A DNA stretch of 64,000 bases from a virus: IMG/VR virus record IMGVR_UViG_3300043499_000238, positions 47,141 to 111,140 of that record. One strand, given 5' to 3'. How positions within the stretch are numbered: the stretch's first letter is position 1; each line of letters starts with the position of its first letter. A program made the translations under genes and the position numbers. Below are positions 37,303 through 45,873 of this stretch, one piece after another. The notes under the pieces were generated by a model. That model searched no databases. It saw only the letters and a list, made by a program, of their open reading frames with translations, and was not told where the DNA came from.

Positions 37303-38325
37303 ATGGGCGACACCTTCATGGTCGGTGACCTTGCTCTGCAGGCCACCACGTTCACCATCGAGGAGCGTTGCGGGCAGCACGACCTGCTGTCGATCTCGGG
37401 CACACAGTCGACGGCGTTGACGAAGTACGCCGGGCAGCCCGCCAAGCTGACCGCCTGGCAGGGGTCGGCCACGCGCGCCATCCACGGGTATCTCGACACC
37501 CACGCCATCTCCACCGGCTTCAACAAGGACATGGTCGTCACCGGCTACGTGCTCGGTGCGTCGAGCGTGATGCGCTCGGGCGCCGAGCGCCAGTGGAAGG
37601 ACAAGCGCCCCTTCGACATCGCCCGCGACATCGTGCGTCCCTACGGCTTCTGCCTGGAGATGGACACGTACCAGTACACGATCCCGCTGTTCGTGCAGTC
37701 GGCCGAGAGCGACTGGCAGTTGCTCGCTCGGCTGGCTCAGGAGATCGGCATGGCGCTGATCGGTACCAACGTGGTGATCCGCATGGTCGATCCCTCGTTG
37801 GAGATCCGCCGACGGCGGATGCGGCCGCTCTACAAGTTCAACGTCAACAAGCTCTTCAACTACTCGATCAGTGCCTCGCCGGTACCGCTCGGCTACGAGG
37901 CGCGCGTGTTCGCTGGCGTCGACAAGTTCGGCGAGTCGTTCAGTGTCACCGCCAACCCCGACGCTGCCGTCACCCTGCCAGCGCCGGAGACCGTGCGCTC
38001 ACTGGAGGATGCGATCAGCGCTGCCGAGCGCATCGGGCGGCGACGTCACCGGCTGCGCCGTGCGACGTGCTCGTTGAAGTTCACGCCAGGGCTGCGCTCG
38101 GGCACCACGGTGGCGCTGACCAACGGTGCCGACACCAACGTCTGGTTCGTCCACGAGGCGACGCACGTCAAGTCGTTCGAGGAGAGCTACACCTCGCTCG
38201 TGCTCAACCGCGACGAGGACGACCAGACGGCGACGTCGCCGGTCTGGCAGAGCGTGCAGTGGCCGCAGCCGACGCTCCAGTCGGCGCGCTGGATCGCACC
38301 GTCGCGCTGGGAGCGTGAGCTGTGA
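37303..38325 (+). CDS. Baseplate hub (gpD/gp27-like)
   Basis: QSAESDWQLLARLAQEIG; WFVHEATH. Confidence 0.8.
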   Translation: MGDTFMVGDLALQATTFTIEERCGQHDLLSISGTQSTALTKYAGQPAKLTAWQGSATRAIHGYLDTHAISTGFNKDMVVTGYVLGASSVMRSGAERQWKDKRPFDIARDIVRPYGFCLEMDTYQYTIPLFVQSAESDWQLLARLAQEIGMALIGTNVVIRMVDPSLEIRRRRMRPLYKFNVNKLFNYSISASPVPLGYEARVFAGVDKFGESFSVTANPDAAVTLPAPETVRSLEDAISAAERIGRRRHRLRRATCSLKFTPGLRSGTTVALTNGADTNVWFVHEATHVKSFEESYTSLVLNRDEDDQTATSPVWQSVQWPQPTLQSARWIAPSRWEREL

Positions 38326-40064
38326 GCCGCGACATCCTCACCCTCTACGAAGCGCGGGTGCGCAAGTTCGATCAGTCGACCGGCGTCGCCACCGTGGTGA
38401 TGCCAGGGCCGTACGGCATGGAGCCGATCGAGGCACCGCCGTTCGCCCGTGGTGTCTTCGACCCGTACACCATCGAGCCGCTCGTGGTCGGCGACCGCGT
38501 GTTGGTGACGATGAGCGAGAACCAGCCGCCCGAGTGGATCTCCTCCAACAGCGACTGGATGGCCAAGGGCGACGATCGCTGGGTCGACATCTACGGCGAC
38601 CGGATGACGGGGACGTTGGAGATCGTTGCTGGCATCGAGTCGCTGCGGCTCGCCCGGTACGGGTTCACCACCCCGCACATGGGCTTCTACAGCGACGACT
38701 TCCTCACTCGCTACGGCTACATCATGGGTACGCCGACGGACCTGCGCGCGGTGAGCACCAGCGGCACGGTGTCGCTGTGGGGAGCGGCCAGCGTTTCGCT
38801 GTCGGCCACCGGTCTCGGGGTCACGATCCCCAACCCGAACATCCTCGACTTCGGTGCTACCACCCGGCAGATGCTCAACCTCTACGGGTCGACGTACGCC
38901 GCTGGTGTCCAGGGGAGCACGCTGTTCCTCCGCACGGGCGGTGGCTTCAACATCTACCGAGGCGGCGTCTTTGCACCTGGCGTTGCCGATCCCGGTGGCG
39001 GTGTCAACGTCTTCACGATCCGCAGCGACGGTGTGATCGAGGGCTTCACACGCATCCAGGGTGTGATGCGGCCGCAGACGGGCGCTGGTGTGTGGGGCAG
39101 CGGTTCGTCCTACATCGCCTTCTACAACGCCACGACTGACCCTGACGCTCTCGGCACACGCACTGGCTACGTCGGCTTCTCAGGTACCGACATGTACCTC
39201 AACAACGAGAACGGAGTGAACACTCGCATCGCCTCCGGCTCGGGCGTGCTGCTCTTCATCCAGAACGTCACCGAGGTCAGTCGCATCGAGCCAAGCGGCC
39301 AGGCGTGGGGTCGCACCATCGGCACCTACAACACCACGAGCGGATTCGACATCCGCACCGATGGTCGGTTCATCTCCTCGATGGACGGCGGCTCTGCCTA
39401 CAACTGGATGATCAACATGGGTGCGGCCGACACCAACGGCGGCGTCTTCCTGACACTGCGCCGCGGCACTCCCACCGCTGCGCAGATCGGCTCGATCACT
39501 CAGGTCTCCACGACAGGTGTCAACTTCAACCAGACATCGCACGGCCCATGGAAGGGCAACGTTCGAGATCTCGATGACGACGAGGCACTGGAAAGGTTGG
39601 CGCGCTGGCGCCCCGTCGCTTACCAGTGGAAGTTCGACGCCGACGGCATGCAGGACGAGGAGGGCACTCCGAGCGGAGACATCCAGCACGGCTTCATCGC
39701 CCAGGAGCTGTACGAGGTACAACCCACCGCCGTCACCAAGGGCTTCGGTGTGCAGACCGAGGAGAAGGTGTGGGCCGAGCGCAAGGCCAACCACGAGGCG
39801 GCGCAAGCGGTACGTGAGATCGAGATCGAGGAGTGGGAGCAGCTCGACCCCGAGACTCGTAGCGCCCCGCCCGAGCGCATCGCTGACTTCGATGAGCCGG
39901 ATCCGTTCATGCCGTGGGGGCAGGACAACTCCAAGCTCGTGCCCGACATGGTGGCTGCGATGCAGGCGATACTGCGAAAGGTCGAAGCGCAGGAGGACGA
40001 GATCGCTGCGCTGCGAGATGAGGTAGCGCTGTTGCGGTCAGCCCCGGGCGGAGAGACCAGCTAA
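38322..40064 (+). CDS. Spike-like protein: N-terminal OB-fold, fibre body, C-terminal S74 intramolecular chaperone
   Basis: PLVVGDRVLV...PEW; TS..WKGNVRDL..LARWRPVAYQW..GFIAQE..SKLVP + coiled coil. Confidence 0.75.
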   Translation: MSRDILTLYEARVRKFDQSTGVATVVMPGPYGMEPIEAPPFARGVFDPYTIEPLVVGDRVLVTMSENQPPEWISSNSDWMAKGDDRWVDIYGDRMTGTLEIVAGIESLRLARYGFTTPHMGFYSDDFLTRYGYIMGTPTDLRAVSTSGTVSLWGAASVSLSATGLGVTIPNPNILDFGATTRQMLNLYGSTYAAGVQGSTLFLRTGGGFNIYRGGVFAPGVADPGGGVNVFTIRSDGVIEGFTRIQGVMRPQTGAGVWGSGSSYIAFYNATTDPDALGTRTGYVGFSGTDMYLNNENGVNTRIASGSGVLLFIQNVTEVSRIEPSGQAWGRTIGTYNTTSGFDIRTDGRFISSMDGGSAYNWMINMGAADTNGGVFLTLRRGTPTAAQIGSITQVSTTGVNFNQTSHGPWKGNVRDLDDDEALERLARWRPVAYQWKFDADGMQDEEGTPSGDIQHGFIAQELYEVQPTAVTKGFGVQTEEKVWAERKANHEAAQAVREIEIEEWEQLDPETRSAPPERIADFDEPDPFMPWGQDNSKLVPDMVAAMQAILRKVEAQEDEIAALRDEVALLRSAPGGETS

Positions 40065-40078
40065 CTAGTGTTGGCTGC

Positions 40079-40426
40079 ATGACCGGCTCCATCACACCGC
40101 CGCCCGCGGGCACCACCTTCACCAAGGATCCGGTGCTGATCACGACCGTCGTGTTCTTCATCATCTTCGGTGTGGCCTCGTTGCTCACGGCGACCGGTGT
40201 CTTCTCCGACACGGTCGGCGGCATCATCATGGGCATCATCACCGTGCTGTGGGGCGGCGTGCAGTTGATGATGGTCAAGCCCGCCACCGTGCCGCGACAA
40301 CCGCTCGCCGAGCTGGCCTACGAGAACCAGCAACCTGCTGGCTCCGTCATGCCTCCGTCCACTCAGGTGGTCGAGGTAGCCGATCTCCCCATCGATCAAC
40401 AACCACCAACAGGAGCAACACAATGA
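40079..40426 (+). CDS. Holin-like 2-TM protein
   Basis: Two TM segments upstream of the endolysin. Confidence 0.6.
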   Translation: MTGSITPPPAGTTFTKDPVLITTVVFFIIFGVASLLTATGVFSDTVGGIIMGIITVLWGGVQLMMVKPATVPRQPLAELAYENQQPAGSVMPPSTQVVEVADLPIDQQPPTGATQ

Positions 40427-40554
40427 GCGACGACGACACCGCCACTGACGTCGAGGCGATCCCCGCCGGGGAAGAGACCGACGACGACTTCGTGAGCGAT
40501 CCCGTCGACCCCGATGCGGATGACGACGACAACGACGTCGATGACGATGGCTGA
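40423..40554 (+). CDS. 43-aa extremely acidic peptide
   Basis: AGGAG RBS, ATGA overlap; 21 of 43 residues D/E. Confidence 0.6.
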   Translation: MSDDDTATDVEAIPAGEETDDDFVSDPVDPDADDDDNDVDDDG

Positions 40555-41590
40555 GGTCAAGTACCCGTACGGGTACGCCAACCCTCCGGCGATGCTCACG
40601 CTCGATGAGATCTTCGCCAAGGCGCCGGTCGCCATGCTCCACTCGGAGTACAAGAAGCGCTTCAAGGGGCTGATGGTCGCGGGCGGCGGCAGGTTCAGCA
40701 TCGGAGGCGCCGGGCGCACGACCAAGCAGCAGGAGACCGTGTTCCTGCAGCGGCACCACGAGGTGAAGAGCGGAGGGTGCTGCGGCTACAACGGCAAGCG
40801 GTACCAGCTCAACACCGGCATGGCGCACGCTGCGCCGCCTGGTCGCTCGTTCCACGAGCCGCTCGTGCAGGGTGCGGCGTCGGCTGTCGACGCCATCGGC
40901 GACCTCAAGTGGGCCGCCCTCAACTGCGAGGCGTACGGCCTGGAGCAGGCGACGTGGGGCGGGGAGATCTGGCACTTCCAGTTCTCCGAGTTCCCGCACA
41001 GCGTTGCTCAGTGGCAGAAGTCGGGCAGCCCTGCACCGCAGAACTGGAAGCTGCCCACGTCGGGCGGCGGAGGTGGCAGTCCCACGCCGCCGGTCCAGCC
41101 GAACACGTACACCGTCAAGTCGGGCGACTCGTGGTACGGGATCGCCAGCAAGGTCGGCTGCACGCCGGAGGCGCTGGTCGCCGCCAACCCGCCTGCCACG
41201 ATGAGCACCGTCATCCATCCGGGCGACGTGCTCAAGCTCCCGAGCGGAGTGGCGCCGCCTGCGAGTACCGACTGGAAGGCGTACGGCGCCGCCGCCAAGA
41301 CGCCGCCAGGCAACCCGCAGCTCGTGCTCGGGGTGATCCACCCCAACGCACAAGAGGTGCAGGCGATCCTCTGCTCGATGCCCAAGCCCGCCGCCGACGG
41401 CGGAGCACCGTGCTACCCGCCGGAGAAGGTCGACAAGGACACCGTCAAGGGCGGGCCGCCGACCGACAACCTGTGGGGCGACCAGAGCGTCGCTGACCTC
41501 AAGTGGTGGCAGGGCAAGAACGGGCTGACGTCCGACGGTCAGTTCGGCCCGAAGACCTCCTCGAAGATGACGAGCGTGCGCGGCAAGTAA
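40547..41590 (+). CDS. Endolysin: M15-like peptidase + LysM + PG-binding domain
   Basis: PPGRSFHE..AVD..EIWHFQ; YTVKSGDSWYGIA..IHPGDVLKLP; WQGKNGLTSDGQFGPKT. Confidence 0.88.
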   Translation: MAEVKYPYGYANPPAMLTLDEIFAKAPVAMLHSEYKKRFKGLMVAGGGRFSIGGAGRTTKQQETVFLQRHHEVKSGGCCGYNGKRYQLNTGMAHAAPPGRSFHEPLVQGAASAVDAIGDLKWAALNCEAYGLEQATWGGEIWHFQFSEFPHSVAQWQKSGSPAPQNWKLPTSGGGGGSPTPPVQPNTYTVKSGDSWYGIASKVGCTPEALVAANPPATMSTVIHPGDVLKLPSGVAPPASTDWKAYGAAAKTPPGNPQLVLGVIHPNAQEVQAILCSMPKPAADGGAPCYPPEKVDKDTVKGGPPTDNLWGDQSVADLKWWQGKNGLTSDGQFGPKTSSKMTSVRGK

Positions 41591-41616
41591 CCCCCCAGCA
41601 CCCTGATCGGAGGACG

Positions 41617-41976
41617 GTGCCTGAGCAACCACAGCGTCCTCCACGAGTGCCGCTCATGCCTCGTCCTCCGATCAGGAACATGACGGACTTCATCGTCTTC
41701 GCCTTCATCACGATCATCGTCTTCATCCTGATGTCGGCGGCGGTGACGCTCGTGCTGATGTCCATCTTCCGGCCCGAGCAGGACAACGCGCGGCTGGTGA
41801 CCATACTGGCCGACGTGACCACGTCGTTGATCTCGGCGCTGGTCGGCTTCCTCGCTGGCAAGGGCCAGGGGCGTAGCGACGCCGAGGAGGCGCACAAGGA
41901 GCAGGAGCTGCGCATCGAGGAGATCAAGGCGCACGTCCCAGCACCGACGCCAGTGGGCAAGGACGGCGACGTGTGA
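41617..41976 (+). CDS. 2-TM membrane protein (lysis accessory?)
   Basis: Two TM segments; start uncertain (41617 GTG or 41656 ATG). Confidence 0.65.
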   Translation: MPEQPQRPPRVPLMPRPPIRNMTDFIVFAFITIIVFILMSAAVTLVLMSIFRPEQDNARLVTILADVTTSLISALVGFLAGKGQGRSDAEEAHKEQELRIEEIKAHVPAPTPVGKDGDV

Positions 41977-42761
41977 GACCGATGCAGGGCATTGTCGCCA
42001 TCGCCGTTGTCGGTACGGCGGTCACTTGCGGTGCTGTCGCTGCAGGCGTCAACATCCGCAACGGCAACGAGCTACCACCTGCGCCGGTCAACGTGGTCGA
42101 CGTCAACGGTGCTGGTGTCGTGGAGACACCAGGCGGTGGCTCAGTCGTTGTCATCGAGGGCGAGCGCGGCCCGCAGGGCGTTCCCGGTGACCAAGGTGAG
42201 CAAGGAGACCAAGGTGAGCAGGGCATCCAAGGAGAGCAGGGCGACCCGGGTCCGCCGGGCAGTGTCGGCGAGCAAGGACCGCCTGGGAGCACGGGAGAGC
42301 GTGGTCCTGTTGGGCCTGCTGGCCGTGACGGGAGTCCTGGTCTCGCTGGCGCTCAAGGCGAGCAAGGCGCCCAAGGAGTCCCCGGTGACACCGGAGGCGT
42401 CGGACCGCCCGGTGAGGTAGGTCCGCAAGGCCAGCAGGGCGAGCAGGGAGCTACCGGAGCGCAGGGTCCGCCGGGCCAGGACGCTCAGAACGTGCCCGTG
42501 CCCGGGCCTCAGGGCGAGCAGGGCGCTGCTGGTCCAGCAGGACCGCCAGGACCGGCCGGGGAGTCCGTTACCGGCCCGCAGGGTCCACCGGGAGCGCAGG
42601 GCGCTCAAGGCGAGCCAGGAGCGCAAGGAGAGCAAGGTCCGCAGGGCGAGCAGGGACCAGCGGGCCAGGACGGTGGCTCGTGCCCTGGCTCGATCCAGAC
42701 GTTCATCGTGCACGTACTCGACGGCCCCAACAAGACGATCCAAGCGTGCGTAGTTGGGTGA
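41973..42761 (+). CDS. Exported collagen-like protein
   Basis: Hydrophobic N-terminus, long Gly-X-Y tract, C-terminal Cys pair. Confidence 0.85.
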   Translation: MRPMQGIVAIAVVGTAVTCGAVAAGVNIRNGNELPPAPVNVVDVNGAGVVETPGGGSVVVIEGERGPQGVPGDQGEQGDQGEQGIQGEQGDPGPPGSVGEQGPPGSTGERGPVGPAGRDGSPGLAGAQGEQGAQGVPGDTGGVGPPGEVGPQGQQGEQGATGAQGPPGQDAQNVPVPGPQGEQGAAGPAGPPGPAGESVTGPQGPPGAQGAQGEPGAQGEQGPQGEQGPAGQDGGSCPGSIQTFIVHVLDGPNKTIQACVVG

Positions 42762-42800
42762 GGTCACCGCCGAGTTAGTCCTGCGTGGGAAACTGGCGAG

Positions 42801-43331
42801 GTGACCATGACGTCGAGCGTCTTCGGTCCCGGCACCTGGTCGATGGACTACTTGGTGACGGGCGGCTGGGCCTACGCGCCCATCGGTGACGTCTACCCGC
42901 TGGAGCCGATCTGGTCGGAGAGCCATGGCGTCACGGGCGAGACCATCAACGTCGCCGACGAGCAGAACTACTACTCGCTGGTGTGCCCGTACTACGCCGA
43001 CATCGACCCGTACTTCATCGTGCAGGTGACCGAGGACGACCTCGACACCGAAGACGTCGAGGAGGACGTGCCGATCGGCCCCGTGTCCACCACGGCGTGG
43101 TGCTGGCTGCCGTGGGGCTGGAGCACCGAGCACCAGGTGCTCGTGCAGCAGGTGATGAGCGGCACCGCTCCCGACGAGGTGTGGACCGGCAAGTTCAAGG
43201 TCACGTTCGAGAAGCCACTGCGCCAGGCGATCGGTCCCAACACGTTGGCCAAGTTCGCCTTCGACTTCTGGATCACCGGGGACATGGAGCGCATCCGGTT
43301 GGCCTTCGGCGACGTGGTGTTCCGACGGTGA
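42801..43331 (+). CDS. Hypothetical structural protein
   Basis: ORF at start of the fibre cassette. Confidence 0.65.
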   Translation: MTMTSSVFGPGTWSMDYLVTGGWAYAPIGDVYPLEPIWSESHGVTGETINVADEQNYYSLVCPYYADIDPYFIVQVTEDDLDTEDVEEDVPIGPVSTTAWCWLPWGWSTEHQVLVQQVMSGTAPDEVWTGKFKVTFEKPLRQAIGPNTLAKFAFDFWITGDMERIRLAFGDVVFRR

Positions 43332-43573
43332 CCGACACCATCAACGAGGCTGCGCTCGGGCCGAAGCGCAAGTTCACGGCGACCGTCGCCTTCCCGCAGT
43401 CGCGCGTGACCACGGCGCGCAGTGACGAGGTCGACTTCGTCACCGGCCCTGGCGGAACGCCGGGGACACCCGGGCCTCCCGGGCCGCAGGGCGAGTGGAC
43501 GAAGATGACCCAGGCCGACTACGACGCCCTGCCCAACAAAGACCCCAACGTTCTGTACGTGATCATCGGATAA
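43328..43573 (+). CDS. Short fibre adaptor ending TQADYDALPNKDPNVLYVIIG
   Basis: GTGA overlap; short collagen tract plus a common phage fibre C-terminal motif. Confidence 0.7.
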   Translation: MTDTINEAALGPKRKFTATVAFPQSRVTTARSDEVDFVTGPGGTPGTPGPPGPQGEWTKMTQADYDALPNKDPNVLYVIIG

Positions 43574-43586
43574 GGAGCAACCGGCC

Positions 43587-44168
43587 ATGCGCCACTTCGG
43601 CACCAGCTACCAGTTCGCCCACCATCGCACCGTCGATGGCGAGCGCTGTCTCATTTGGGGCAACGGCATTGGGGAACTGCTGATCCCCGTCAACTCGATC
43701 GAGTACGCCGAGGCTCTCGGCGATCGTGGTTGGCAGAACAACGCTCTCGTCAACGAGGGCGAGGACGAGTTGCTCAACACGTACTTCCGTGGACTGGCCA
43801 AGAAGACCACGCTCTACGGGCGGCTGTACGGCGCCGGGACCATTGTCGAAACGTCGACCCTCGCTGCTCCGGTGGCGACCGAGCTTGCTGCCACGAACGG
43901 CTACGCCCCGGCCACGCAGTGTGCATGGACGGTCGGCAACACCGACTTCGGTGCGCCCGCCGATGTCTCCGGCTCGCAGACGACGACTTCGACCACCAAG
44001 ACGTTCACCGCCACGGGTGGAGCGTGGGCACCAGCGGTGCAGCTCATCCTGTCCGATGCGGCCACCGGTACGTCGGGCAAGCTCATCGCCTGGGTGGCTC
44101 TGTCGGCCACCCGTACGCTCGCCGCCACCGACACTCTCGACGTCTCGGTTGCTGTTGGCCTGAACTAG
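43587..44168 (+). CDS. Virion structural protein (fibre base type)
   Basis: AAGGAG RBS; ELAATNGY..., SGKLIAWVALSATRTLAATDTL. Confidence 0.7.
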   Translation: MRHFGTSYQFAHHRTVDGERCLIWGNGIGELLIPVNSIEYAEALGDRGWQNNALVNEGEDELLNTYFRGLAKKTTLYGRLYGAGTIVETSTLAAPVATELAATNGYAPATQCAWTVGNTDFGAPADVSGSQTTTSTTKTFTATGGAWAPAVQLILSDAATGTSGKLIAWVALSATRTLAATDTLDVSVAVGLN

Positions 44169-44171
44169 CTC

Positions 44172-44885
44172 ATGGCCGCTTCGGCCGTCAGCTTCAACGG
44201 CACGAACACCCGGTACACCCGAACGGCGCTCGGCCTGGGCGGCTCGTTCACGATGGCATGCTGGGTCAAGATCGTGGTCGACCAGAACACCTACACATCG
44301 GTACTGGCCCAGGGCGACGGAGCGAGCAACTACTACCACCTCGGTACCGGTAGCACCGGCACGCTGTTCACCAGAGACTCGACGTCAGGTGCTGGGGCCA
44401 ACAGTGGCTACGACTTCCCGATCGGTACGTGGGTGTACATCGCCACCGTCAACGACACCGGAGCGGGCAACGATCTGATGGGCTACAAGCCCGCTGGCGG
44501 GTCGTGGACGCCTCTCGCACTGGGCGCTGCCACAGTCACGGGACCGAGCGATACCAACACGTTCTACATCGGGGCTGACTCGTTCGGCGGCTGGCTCAAC
44601 GGCTCGGTCGCCGCCGTCAAGATCTGGACCGTTGCACTCACCGACGCTGAGCTACAGGCCGAGGCCGCCACCTACGCACCGGTCAAGACATCCGGGCTGT
44701 GGGCGGCGTACTCGTTCGAGAACGGCCCGCAGACCAACGACGAGAGCGGTAACGGTAGGACGTTGACGGCAGCAGGAACGCCGACCCTCGACGCCTCGGG
44801 GCCACCCATCACCGGTAGCGGTCCACCGCCGACGTTCATCCTCACGCCGATCGTCGCCGTGCCAGCCATGCCCATGGGAGGATAG
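44172..44885 (+). CDS. LamG/concanavalin-like domain protein
   Basis: FTMACWVK, WVYIA, LNGSVAAVKIWTVALT, DESGNGRTLT. Confidence 0.8.
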   Translation: MAASAVSFNGTNTRYTRTALGLGGSFTMACWVKIVVDQNTYTSVLAQGDGASNYYHLGTGSTGTLFTRDSTSGAGANSGYDFPIGTWVYIATVNDTGAGNDLMGYKPAGGSWTPLALGAATVTGPSDTNTFYIGADSFGGWLNGSVAAVKIWTVALTDAELQAEAATYAPVKTSGLWAAYSFENGPQTNDESGNGRTLTAAGTPTLDASGPPITGSGPPPTFILTPIVAVPAMPMGG

Positions 44886-44889
44886 GTAC

Positions 44890-45396
44890 ATGACCGAAAC
44901 GTTCGCAGCACCTGGATCGCCGTGTACCGCACGAGCCAACTCTGGTGCTTCCATGGTCTCGGGTGAGGACGTACTCACCTGCGACAAGGTGCTCGGCGCC
45001 TACGGCGAGCACTCCGGCAGCCACCACGATCCGATGAAGGGCGATTGGAGCCAGATGCTCGCCGACCCAGCCTTTGATCCACTGGCCGGTACGGTCCCCT
45101 ACGACCCAGCCGAGCTGCCTCCGGGGATACCGCTGACGTTGACGAGCAGCAACCCGACCGGACTCACTCAGGGCACCAGCAGCAACACCGTTGTGTTGAC
45201 CGGCAGCGGCTTCGTCGATGGCTTGATGGCCGGACTCAACGGGGTCGCGGTCCCGACGACGTTCACCGACGAGACGACGGCATCGTTCGTCACCGTGGTC
45301 GAGATGACGGAACCGGCTGGCCAGGCGGCGATATACGTCTACATCCCCGGTGGCGATCGGTCCAACGACATTCCATTCACGATTTGGGGGGCGTAA
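44890..45396 (+). CDS. Protein with C-terminal IPT/TIG-like domain
   Basis: LTSSNPT...VVLTGSGFVDG...PTTFTDET...SNDIPFTI. Confidence 0.65.
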   Translation: MTETFAAPGSPCTARANSGASMVSGEDVLTCDKVLGAYGEHSGSHHDPMKGDWSQMLADPAFDPLAGTVPYDPAELPPGIPLTLTSSNPTGLTQGTSSNTVVLTGSGFVDGLMAGLNGVAVPTTFTDETTASFVTVVEMTEPAGQAAIYVYIPGGDRSNDIPFTIWGA

Positions 45397-45863
45397 TGAG
45401 GTGGTCTCTCGCAGGCCGCTCAGCGGCGACAGCAGCGACGGCGAACCACTGTGCCTGTCAGCTCTGGAACGCATCCTCGACTCGCACCATTTGGGTGACG
45501 GCGATCGGCTGGAGCAAGACCGTTGCCACGGCCGATCAGGTGGCGTTGAAGCGCTCGACGGCACGAGGCGCCACCCCGGCGACCACGGTCACGCCGACGA
45601 TCGCCTCCGACTGGGAGCGTGAGATCATCCCGCCGTCGCTGGCGGTGCTGGAGCTGGCGCTGTTCACCACTCAGCCCACGCTCGAAGGTGTGGCGCTGTT
45701 CCAGTACAGCCTCCCGGCTGCGCAGGCGTCTGGCTTCATCCTGCCGTTCGAGACCAAGGATCTGCAGGGGATCAAGCTCATCCCCGGTGCAGGGTTGTGT
45801 CTCTACACACCGGTCGCCACCATCCTGCAACCGGCTGACGTCTTCTTCAACATCTACGAGTAG
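45396..45863 (+). CDS. Hypothetical structural protein
   Basis: TAATG overlap; beta-rich. Confidence 0.65.
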   Translation: MRWSLAGRSAATAATANHCACQLWNASSTRTIWVTAIGWSKTVATADQVALKRSTARGATPATTVTPTIASDWEREIIPPSLAVLELALFTTQPTLEGVALFQYSLPAAQASGFILPFETKDLQGIKLIPGAGLCLYTPVATILQPADVFFNIYE

Positions 45864-45873
45864 GAGCTGAGCC

